Source of the DNA: Candidatus Yanofskybacteria bacterium | Lineage (GTDB): Bacteria > Patescibacteriota > Minisyncoccia > 2-02-FULL-40-12 > GWA2-44-9 | Direction of reading: 5' to 3' | Assembly: GCA_016181045.1 (NCBI GenBank) | Contig: JACPAB010000004.1 | Span: 1 to 61,722 of the forward strand | Length of the DNA stretch: 61,722 nucleotides | In this document: positions 9,272-16,380 of the stretch, one piece after another | How positions within the stretch are numbered: position 1 is the first letter of the stretch | How the letters are laid out: each line of letters starts with the position of its first letter | The notes under the pieces: generated by a model | Database searches by the model: none | The model's input: only the letters and a program-made list of their open reading frames with translations | Told to the model about the DNA's origin: nothing | Program-made: the position numbers and the translations under genes

Positions 9272-9509
9272 AGTCGCTAACTACTTTAACATGAATTACA
9301 AAATAAGGGAAGTCCGTTCATAGTGGACCAAGTTCCGGCGGACAAGCTTCAGGAGTTGAGAGTTTTCGTTTCGAGGATCCCGGCCGAAAAACCGGAATCT
9401 GGATCGGTCCGCACATTCATTTTCGAAACCGAGTAGTTCTCGGTTTTTAAATACAAAAATGATAAAGCCCGCGGGGAGCGGGCTCCGTCCGCGGGCTGGG
9501 ACTGGTGGC

Positions 9510-9707
9510 CTACGTTTCTTGCATCGGACGCAGGTCGTCGCCGGGGTACCAGGGCGACTTTCCGTCGAGCCATTCCTGCTGGCCCGTTCGCGGGTTGATC
9601 CGGCAAACGTCGTCCAGGCAGTTCGAGCAGGTGCCGATCCAGACGCCGTCGCCTCGCGACACATAGACAGGGGCTTCGCAGCACGGGGATTTCAATTCCT
9701 GTGTCAT
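9510..9707 (-). CDS. hypothetical small Cys-rich protein in a GC-rich patch
   Basis: 65-aa ORF with AAAGGAG RBS, TATAAT-like boxes upstream and GC hairpins downstream (9459-9500); five Cys. Confidence 0.5.
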   Translation of the reverse strand: MTQELKSPCCEAPVYVSRGDGVWIGTCSNCLDDVCRINPRTGQQEWLDGKSPWYPGDDLRPMQET

Positions 9708-9760
9708 AGGAACTCCTTTCGGATAGTATTATACCATAAATTATAATATGGGCAAGTTTG

Positions 9761-9786
9761 CCTGGTAATGTGTACACACTACCAGG
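9761..9786. repeat. 26-bp hairpin CCTGGTAATGTGTACACACTACCAGG
   Basis: Read directly; ends resemble the CCNGGTAGT element family; 42 nt upstream of the tmRNA 5' end. Confidence 0.8.
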
Positions 9787-9827
9787 CCTTTTGACTTTTA
9801 GGGTTTTTGTGCTACAATTGATGTATT

Positions 9828-10104
9828 GGGGATGAAAGGCCTCGACGAAGTTTGACAATCCGATGGATGCTAAGAGTGGACGGCCGGTTAACCACTATAA
9901 TAACCCCGGTCAACCAATTTAGGTGCCAATTATTCACCTAATTACGCTTACGCCTAACATCGTTTAGGTAAAGCCATCCTGCCATGATGCTCACTAATGG
10001 ATTTTGCTCGATTTTATACCTTCAGGTGAAATACCAAATCAGCTATCTTAGTAGATGTTCGTCGGATTCAATTTCGGACCCGGGTCCAATTCCCGGCATC
10101 TCCA
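9828..10104 (+). ncRNA. ssrA: tmRNA (ssrA), short form
   Basis: 5' GGGGATGAAAGGCCTCGACG pairs with 3' CATCTCCA, including the G3-U70 wobble. T arm is CCGGG-TCCAATT-CCCGG. Internal tag ORF 9925-9957 reads GCC AAT TAT TCA CCT AAT TAC GCT TAC GCC TAA (ANYSPNYAYA). smpB lies 420 bp away. Confidence 0.85.
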
Positions 10105-10110
10105 CAACAA

Positions 10111-10140
10111 CAAAACGGCTCACGGTGAGCCGTTTTGTTT
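10111..10140 (+). terminator. intrinsic terminator after tmRNA
   Basis: CAAAACGGCTCACGGTGAGCCGTTTTGTTT. Confidence 0.85.
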
Positions 10141-10210
10141 ACCCTTGATTTTCATGAAGACAGAGAGTATAATATGGGAAATTGCCAGTGAAAGGAGGTC
10201 TGCTGTGGAT

Positions 10211-10432
10211 ATGTCCCAAACGCATGTTTTCGAAACGCATGTCTGCCCGGTGCATGGCCAGTCCAGCATCGAACAGGCCCAACAGGTTCTTTCGAAACTG
10301 AGCGACGAGGATTTGCGGATTTTGACAGATACCGAACCGCATCTTCTTGCCGCCGCTCTCTCGACCGTCGCCGGCACCCGCTGCCTGGTGATGCTCCGGG
10401 ATCTCAAAGCGAACTCTCTGTTCGTGGTCTGA
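10211..10432 (+). CDS. hypothetical small protein (GC-rich)
   Basis: 73-aa ORF with AAAGGAGG RBS, followed by terminator AGGCCACCGCAAGGTGGCCTTTTT; the longer track ORF from 10055 overlaps tmRNA. Confidence 0.5.
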   Translation: MSQTHVFETHVCPVHGQSSIEQAQQVLSKLSDEDLRILTDTEPHLLAAALSTVAGTRCLVMLRDLKANSLFVV

Positions 10433-10525
10433 CAAGGCCGAGGCAGAGTTGTTTTCGCAGGCCACCGCAAGGTGGCCTTTTTATACTTCGAGTCGCTCAG
10501 TATAACCCTGAGCTTGTCGAATGGG

Positions 10526-10969
10526 TTATTGCTCAATTCCTCTTTTTCTGGCGCGTTCGATATCCTTTTTCTTTATTGTTTCTCTCTTGTCGTATTTTTT
10601 CTTTCCGCGGGCGATGCCGACAAGGACTTTGACCATCCCCCTTTTGTTGTAGAGTTTAAGCGGGATAAGGGTCAGGCCATGGGTTTGGGAAGTTCCGAGC
10701 AAAGCGGATATTTGTTTTTTGGATAATAAAAGTTTTCTTGTGCGCTGGGGGTCATAGTCGGCGGGAGTATTGGCCGGCTGATAGGGAGAGATAACGGCGC
10801 CGATAAGGTAGGGCTCGTTGTTCAATATTTTAATATGAGTTCCTTTAATGCTGGCCTTTCCGGTCTTTATTGATTTAACCTCGAATCCTTCCAACACAAT
10901 GCCCGCCTCGATAGTTTCCAGGATCTCATAATCAAAGTTAGCTCTCGGGTTTGTGGCATAATCGGACAT
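10526..10969 (-). CDS. smpB: SsrA-binding protein SmpB
   Basis: NPRANFDYEILETIEAGIVLEGFEVKSIK and C-terminal basic tail. Confidence 0.92.
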   Translation of the reverse strand: MSDYATNPRANFDYEILETIEAGIVLEGFEVKSIKTGKASIKGTHIKILNNEPYLIGAVISPYQPANTPADYDPQRTRKLLLSKKQISALLGTSQTHGLTLIPLKLYNKRGMVKVLVGIARGKKKYDKRETIKKKDIERARKRGIEQ

Positions 10970-10988
10970 AGTTATTAGTAGTTAGCCA

Positions 10989-11348
10989 TTAGGACTTAGA
11001 TTTTAATTTACTGAATAGGGAGTTTAGCATCTTTCTAACTTCCAACAGTAACTCTTCTGCTTTATAGAAATTTGACTCGTGAGCAAAAGATAAATCTTTT
11101 GCCAGTAAAAGCTGTGTCTCTAATTCACTTGTAGAACCAAAAGCGATAGAAATGAATTGCGTGTTTTCTTTTAGCGATTTCCCACTAAAACCTTCGGCGA
11201 TATTCGATATAACAGAGACAGATGCCCGTCTTAGTTGATTAGAGATTCCATAAATTTCTGTTTTTGGAAAGGATTCAGTTAATTTATAAACCTCTTGGGC
11301 GAGTTGCATTGATTTTTGCCAGACAATCAAATCCTTATACGAGTTCAT
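10989..11348 (-). CDS. four-helix-bundle protein (23S rRNA intervening-sequence protein family)
   Basis: YKDLIVWQKSMQLAQEVYKLTESFPK...QLRRASVSVISNIAEG pattern. Confidence 0.85.
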   Translation of the reverse strand: MNSYKDLIVWQKSMQLAQEVYKLTESFPKTEIYGISNQLRRASVSVISNIAEGFSGKSLKENTQFISIAFGSTSELETQLLLAKDLSFAHESNFYKAEELLLEVRKMLNSLFSKLKSKS

Positions 11349-11388
11349 TTTAGAAAGTGTTCCCTCTGCACTAAGTTCTAATGGCTAA

Positions 11389-12435
11389 TTACTTCCGTTC
11401 TTCTAATGTGGCCTTCAGTTTGAGGTTCTTGTCTTTGCGGAGCACCGTGAGTTCTATCTCGCTCCCGACAAGGTATTTCTGGAGCAGGTCCCTCAAATCC
11501 ATATCTTCAAGGACCTTTTCCCCGTTGAGTTCAACAATGATGTCATTCTCCTTAACGCCCGCCTTATCGGCGGGGGAGCCGGGGACAATAGCTTCCGCGC
11601 CCGGGCGGTGGTCTCTGACCACCAGAGCGCCGGCACCGACGGGAAGGGTGTATTGTTTCTGGAGCTTCTTATCCAGCATGACGTAGTTAAGTCCGACGAA
11701 CGGCTTAATGATGCGCCCGTGCTTGATGATGTCCTCAAGGTCCTGCTTGGCCCAGTTGATGGGGATTGAAAATCCGATGTTCTGCGCGCCGAAGATGATA
11801 GCGGTATTGATGCCGACCGCCTCGCCGTCCAGGTTTATTAAAGGACCGCCGGAATTTCCCTGGTTGATGGCGACGTCGGTCTGGAGGACTCCGCGCAAAT
11901 GTTCCATCTCGCCGCCAGTGCCAAGCGCCGCGGAAATGCTTCGGGACAGACCCGAGATTATCCCCTTGGAAACGGTGTTCGAGAACATGCCAAGTGCATT
12001 GCCGATGGCGATGACCGTCTGGCCAAGCTCGAGCTTTCCGGAATTGCCGAGGCGCACGGTGGGCAAACCTTTGGCGTTAATTTTGATGACCGCGATATCG
12101 TTAATAGGGTCGCGGGAAAGAACTTTGGCGGGATATTCCTCGCCGTCTATCATCAGTACCGTGTATTCGGCGTCCGTGTCGAAGACGACATGTTTGTTGG
12201 TGAGTATCAGTCCGTCGGGATGGACGATAAAGCCGGAACCGCCGCCGACTTTGACCTTTTCTTTTTCTCCGCCTTCGACGTCGCCGAACATGAAAGGGTT
12301 TCCGAAAGGCAATGCGGGCATGCCGTAAACACCCTTAATTTTCGGCAAGTATTTTGATATAACAATACTGACCACCGAAGGAGCCACTTTCTTTACCGAG
12401 TCAATTGCCAGCTTATCGTATTCGTTTGGTGTCAT
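11389..12435 (-). CDS. HtrA/DegP-family serine protease with PDZ domain
   Basis: GSGFIVHPDGLILTNKHVV, DIAVIKI and GNSGGPLINLDGEAVGINTAI catalytic-triad motifs; C-terminal PDZ. Start set at ATG 12435 because the longer ORF overlaps the divergent mpg gene. Confidence 0.85.
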   Translation of the reverse strand: MTPNEYDKLAIDSVKKVAPSVVSIVISKYLPKIKGVYGMPALPFGNPFMFGDVEGGEKEKVKVGGGSGFIVHPDGLILTNKHVVFDTDAEYTVLMIDGEEYPAKVLSRDPINDIAVIKINAKGLPTVRLGNSGKLELGQTVIAIGNALGMFSNTVSKGIISGLSRSISAALGTGGEMEHLRGVLQTDVAINQGNSGGPLINLDGEAVGINTAIIFGAQNIGFSIPINWAKQDLEDIIKHGRIIKPFVGLNYVMLDKKLQKQYTLPVGAGALVVRDHRPGAEAIVPGSPADKAGVKENDIIVELNGEKVLEDMDLRDLLQKYLVGSEIELTVLRKDKNLKLKATLEERK

Positions 12436-12459
12436 ATAACTGACAATATAGCATAAATT

Positions 12460-12978
12460 ATGAAAATCGAAAGAAGTTTTTTTAACAGGAACACTGTTGT
12501 TGTGGCAAGAGAGCTTCTGGGCAAGTATTTGGTCAGGAAGATTGGAAGCAAGATCGTGAGAGCGAAAATAACCGAAACCGAAGCGTATTGCGGACCGCAC
12601 GACCTGGCCTGCCACGCATCAAAGGGCATGACACCAAGAACCAAAGTAATGTTCGGCCCGCCTGGCCATGCTTACATATATCTTATATACGGCATGTATC
12701 ATTGCTTGAATATCGTGACCGAAAAAGAAGGCAACCCGTCAGCGGTTTTGATCCGTGGCTTGGAATTGGACGGAATGGACGGACCGGGCAAGTTGTGTCG
12801 GGGATTAAAGATAGATAAAACTCTGAATGGAATAGATATTTGCGGCAGTAGATATCTGTGGATAGAGAACGGAGCAAAAGTCCCCAAAAATAAAATAAAA
12901 AAGTCCAAAAGGATAGGCGTGGACTACGCGGGAAAATGGAAAGACAAGCTCTGGCGGTTCTACCTTGACCAATCTTGA
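12460..12978 (+). CDS. mpg: DNA-3-methyladenine glycosylase (Mpg/AAG family)
   Basis: VARELLGKYLV...ITETEAYCGPHDLACHASKGMTPRTKVMFGPPGHAYIYLIYGMYHCLNIV. Confidence 0.88.
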   Translation: MKIERSFFNRNTVVVARELLGKYLVRKIGSKIVRAKITETEAYCGPHDLACHASKGMTPRTKVMFGPPGHAYIYLIYGMYHCLNIVTEKEGNPSAVLIRGLELDGMDGPGKLCRGLKIDKTLNGIDICGSRYLWIENGAKVPKNKIKKSKRIGVDYAGKWKDKLWRFYLDQS

Positions 12979-13627
12979 TAAGTTCTATACTTTGAGATTA
13001 AGTTTTTTGAAATGGAGACCTTTTGTGATAAAGGAAGAATCTATTTTGGCGGCTGGTTATAAGGAAAGGTTCATCTGGCTGGATGGTGAGATAAATCCAA
13101 CGGTTGCATATCAGTTTAAGCGGATGCTTGCCAAGTTAAACAAATTGAAAATTGCCCCTATGGTTTTTTATATTAGTGGGCCTGGAGGTGATACTCATGC
13201 CGGATTTTCTATGATGAACGAAATTATAGCTTCAGATAGCCCGGTAATTATAGTGGCTCATGGTATTGTAACTTCGGGCTGTTTTACAATCACCCAAACC
13301 GGAGCCTATCAGCTGGCATTACCGGGAACTAAATTTACTTTTCATCCCGCTGAGCTTCAATTTAAAAAAAATTTGGGATATCAATTTCAGCTGACCCAAA
13401 GCCAACTGATCGAAAATCTTGAAAGACTTAGGCTCGTTGACTCTGTTCAATTATCCTGGCTTATTAAGAGGGGTCGACCAACAAAAGAAATTTTTGATCT
13501 GTTCAGGGTCGGGGCTACTATAAGTCTTCCTAAGGCCAGAAAATTACACTTGATAGATGGTTATTATAAGACAGAGGACTTTTTGAGAGATAAACGAATT
13601 GTAAGAAAGATAAAAAAGGCCAAATAG
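12965..13627 (+). CDS. ClpP-family-like serine protease (divergent)
   Basis: IWLDGEINPTVA...YISGPGGDTHAGFSMMNEI...GIVTSGCF...FHPAE...ARKLHLIDGY aligns by eye with ClpP Ser/His motif positions. Confidence 0.55.
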   Translation: MTNLDKFYTLRLSFLKWRPFVIKEESILAAGYKERFIWLDGEINPTVAYQFKRMLAKLNKLKIAPMVFYISGPGGDTHAGFSMMNEIIASDSPVIIVAHGIVTSGCFTITQTGAYQLALPGTKFTFHPAELQFKKNLGYQFQLTQSQLIENLERLRLVDSVQLSWLIKRGRPTKEIFDLFRVGATISLPKARKLHLIDGYYKTEDFLRDKRIVRKIKKAK

Positions 13628-13671
13628 CAGGCCTTTTTAATTGTCTCATTTTTAAGTAAGATTATCGGGTA

Positions 13672-15387
13672 ATGATAAAGCGTTGGCTCAAAGATAAAAT
13701 CCAAGAATATTATCCGGATTCGGAGTTCGATGTTCTGACTCCGCCGGACGATAAGATGGGGGATTATTCGGTCAACCTTGCTTTTGTGTTGGCAAAGAAG
13801 AACGGAACCAGCCCTGCCGAAGAAGGAGAGGAATTGGCGGCCGGATTAAGCAAAGATAAAGACCTTGCCGATGTTTTTGAAAAAATAGAAGCGGTAAAGC
13901 CGGGGTTTGTTAATTTTTTCTTGAAAAAAGAGTTTCTCCAGAAGCAACTGGTGAAAATTTATAAAAAACGCGATTCGTTCGGCAAGTCAAAAATTGGAAA
14001 TGGAAAAACTGTGATAGTAGAATATTCTTCACCCAATATCGCCAAACCGATGCATATTGGACATCTTCGCTCCACTATTATCGGTGACGCCCTTGCGAAT
14101 GTTTACGAAGCGCTTGGCTACAAAGTTATCCGCTGGAATTACATCGGGGACTGGGGGACGCAGTTTGGGAACCTTATCGCGGCTTATAAATTGTGGGGCA
14201 ATAAAGATGACTTAAAAAATAGTCCATTCACAACCTTGTTTAATCTGTATGTAAGATTTCACAACGAATTAAAAAATAACCCCGACCTTGAATCACGCGG
14301 TAGAGAAGAATTTAAAAAATTAGAAAATGATGACAAAGAAAACCTAAAATTGTGGGAAAGAATAAAAGACCTGTCTCTTAAGGAGCTAGGTATTTTAGTT
14401 TATCCGAGTATTGGGGTTGATGTAAAACGATTGCATTTTAAGGGAGAGAGCGATTATCAAAATAAGTTGAAGCTACTTATTGATAATTTAGCAAAAAATA
14501 ATATTGCAAAAGAGAGTGAGGGAGCTCTTATAATTGACTTAGAGAAATATGGTCTACCACCAGCTCTGCTCCGCAAATCTGATGGTACGACCCTGTATTT
14601 CACTCGCGATTTAGCGAGTTTAGAAGATCGTATTCAGAACTATCACGCTAATAAAATTCTTTATGTTGTTGCCAACCAACAAACACTTCATTTCGAGCAG
14701 TTATTTGCTGTTGCTAAGGATTTAAAAATTGACGGCGCTGAATTGGTGCATGTTAAATTCGGTATGGTTTTAGGCGAGGATGGCAAAAAACTCGCAACAC
14801 GTGAAGGAAAAGTAGTTCCACTTCAGGATGTTGTTAATAAAATTCAAGAGAAAGCCTATGGCATAGTTAAGCACGTGAAATTTGCCAACAAAGATATTAG
14901 CGAAGACGAAGCACAAAATATTGCTCGCGCAGTCGGCATCGGTGCGTTGAAATATAACGATCTCAAACAGCATCCCTATTCGGATATCGTATTTGATTGG
15001 GATGCGATGCTTGATTTTTCGGGCAACAGCGGGCCATATCTCCAATATACCTATGCCCGGCTGGCAAATATTCTTGAGAAAGTGGAAAACCAGAAAGAGG
15101 GTAATGCCGCGCTTCTTGTGGAGCCGGAGGAGGAAAAAGTAATGAAGCGGCTTCTGGAGTTTCCGGAGGCGATTGAAAAATGCGTGGAGCTGAACACTCT
15201 CAATGGTCTCGCTTTATATCTCTATGAACTTTCCAATGACGCCAACCGATTCTATGAATCAGTTCGTGTTCTTGATGACGATAATATTGAACGTCGCGAT
15301 ACCCGATTAACTTTAATTCAGGCAGTTGCGACAGTGCTAAAAAGGGGACTTAATCTACTTGGAATAGAAGCTTTAGAAAGGATTTAG
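13672..15387 (+). CDS. argS: arginyl-tRNA synthetase
   Basis: 571 aa; SSPNIAKPMHIGHLRSTIIGD (HIGH region), DALK-type anticodon-binding C-terminus. Confidence 0.92.
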   Translation: MIKRWLKDKIQEYYPDSEFDVLTPPDDKMGDYSVNLAFVLAKKNGTSPAEEGEELAAGLSKDKDLADVFEKIEAVKPGFVNFFLKKEFLQKQLVKIYKKRDSFGKSKIGNGKTVIVEYSSPNIAKPMHIGHLRSTIIGDALANVYEALGYKVIRWNYIGDWGTQFGNLIAAYKLWGNKDDLKNSPFTTLFNLYVRFHNELKNNPDLESRGREEFKKLENDDKENLKLWERIKDLSLKELGILVYPSIGVDVKRLHFKGESDYQNKLKLLIDNLAKNNIAKESEGALIIDLEKYGLPPALLRKSDGTTLYFTRDLASLEDRIQNYHANKILYVVANQQTLHFEQLFAVAKDLKIDGAELVHVKFGMVLGEDGKKLATREGKVVPLQDVVNKIQEKAYGIVKHVKFANKDISEDEAQNIARAVGIGALKYNDLKQHPYSDIVFDWDAMLDFSGNSGPYLQYTYARLANILEKVENQKEGNAALLVEPEEEKVMKRLLEFPEAIEKCVELNTLNGLALYLYELSNDANRFYESVRVLDDDNIERRDTRLTLIQAVATVLKRGLNLLGIEALERI

Positions 15388-15818
15388 TTTTTTATAGCGG
15401 TTTTTCCGCGCCGGAGAAGATGCAGCCAGGCGAATGATGCGGCGCCAAGCATGTCCAGTGTGAGGTCATTGACCGTATCGGCCAAGTCGCCCATAAAGTA
15501 GGATTTAACCCCGAAATATTTATAGAACGGTTCGATCAAAGTTTGGTTGGCTATGTATTCCGCGAATTCCCAAGTTACCCCCACAAACGAAACTACGCCC
15601 AAAATAATCAAGGTATTTTTTAGTTTTGAGTTATCGAGAAGATGGTCCTTCAAGTATATTGAAAGAAATATGGCCATAAAAAATCCGCCCAAAAAATGGA
15701 GGGTCATGTCGAACCAAAAGTAGTCAAGGTACCAGCCGAAGTAAAGTCCAAAAATATTAAAAACGAATATTGCCACTAATGACAGGAAAGCTGTCTTCAT
15801 ATTGAGGAAATATAGCAT
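15384..15818 (-). CDS. hypothetical integral membrane protein
   Basis: 144-aa ORF with four predicted hydrophobic helices; no family recognised. Confidence 0.5.
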   Translation of the reverse strand: MLYFLNMKTAFLSLVAIFVFNIFGLYFGWYLDYFWFDMTLHFLGGFFMAIFLSIYLKDHLLDNSKLKNTLIILGVVSFVGVTWEFAEYIANQTLIEPFYKYFGVKSYFMGDLADTVNDLTLDMLGAASFAWLHLLRRGKTAIKN

Positions 15819-15887
15819 GGATTTGATTTTTTTTGAAGTTCGGGTTTTAATTGATAAATTGATTTTTTAAATTTTATCAGGAGGAAT

Positions 15888-16349
15888 ATGACCGCACCGG
15901 CTCATTATGCTATTGGTGCCGCGAGCGCATTGCTCATTCAAAATTATCTTCCGGTCGAATCCAGTCAAGGAACAAGGATAGCATGGGCTTTGGGGATTGC
16001 CATTGCGTCGCATGTCGCCGTGGATACTATTCCTCACGCCGAACACTTTCTTAAGGGGCGCTATCTTGCAGTGGAACTTATTGTGGAGACGGTCGTTATG
16101 CTCGGTATTCTTGTCGGCGCTTCCCGGTCTCCATTGGTGGCAAAGATAATTTTGGCGGGAATGGCGGGGGCGGCCATACCGGACGGGCTTAGCATGCTAA
16201 GCCGCTGTGTTGGTTGGCCGGTTCTTTCATGGGTTGACGGGAAAATGCATTTGTCCCACGGCAAGCTGAATCTGTTTTACGCCAATTATTTTTTGCAGTC
16301 CGTGTTCACGGTTCTGTGCACTATCTATGTCCGCATCAAATCCGCTTGA
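15888..16349 (+). CDS. hypothetical integral membrane protein (possibly DUF457-like membrane hydrolase)
   Basis: 153 aa, AGGAGG RBS, hydrophobic helices with His residues; followed by hairpin plus T-run at 16338-16366. Confidence 0.5.
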   Translation: MTAPAHYAIGAASALLIQNYLPVESSQGTRIAWALGIAIASHVAVDTIPHAEHFLKGRYLAVELIVETVVMLGILVGASRSPLVAKIILAGMAGAAIPDGLSMLSRCVGWPVLSWVDGKMHLSHGKLNLFYANYFLQSVFTVLCTIYVRIKSA

Positions 16350-16380
16350 AAAGCGGACTTTTTTTATCTAAAATAGTTAA

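Noticed and set aside
9296-9858. Track ORFs 9296-9664 (-), 9349-9858 (-) and 9459-9746 (+), 95-169 aa
   Set aside because: Arg/Pro-rich shadow frames of a GC-rich patch. They overlap the better-supported 65-aa gene (RBS plus terminator) and the tmRNA 5' end.
10120-10536. Track ORFs 10120-10536 (-) and 10139-10465 (-), including the PFDKLRV-type peptide
   Set aside because: Antisense to the 10211-10432 gene and running through terminator hairpins. The FDKLRV / LSLSNG peptides are typical translations of a GC-rich hairpin (ATAACCC...GGGTTAT, 10498-10525) that serves as the smpB terminator.
10105-10540. Genomic island integrated at ssrA
   Set aside because: I looked for a direct repeat of the tmRNA 3' end (ATTCCCGGCATCTCC) and for an integrase. 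Neither is present in the window, so only a compositional oddity is reported.
11389-12615. Long 408-aa version of the HtrA-like ORF
   Set aside because: The first 60 codons overlap the divergent mpg gene and its promoter region and look non-protein-like, so ATG 12435 was used instead. Caveat: that start gives no obvious signal peptide.
14865-14885. parS-like half site AAGCACGTGAAATTT inside argS
   Set aside because: Only the CACGTGAAA half matches the parS consensus. It sits inside a coding region and is probably chance.
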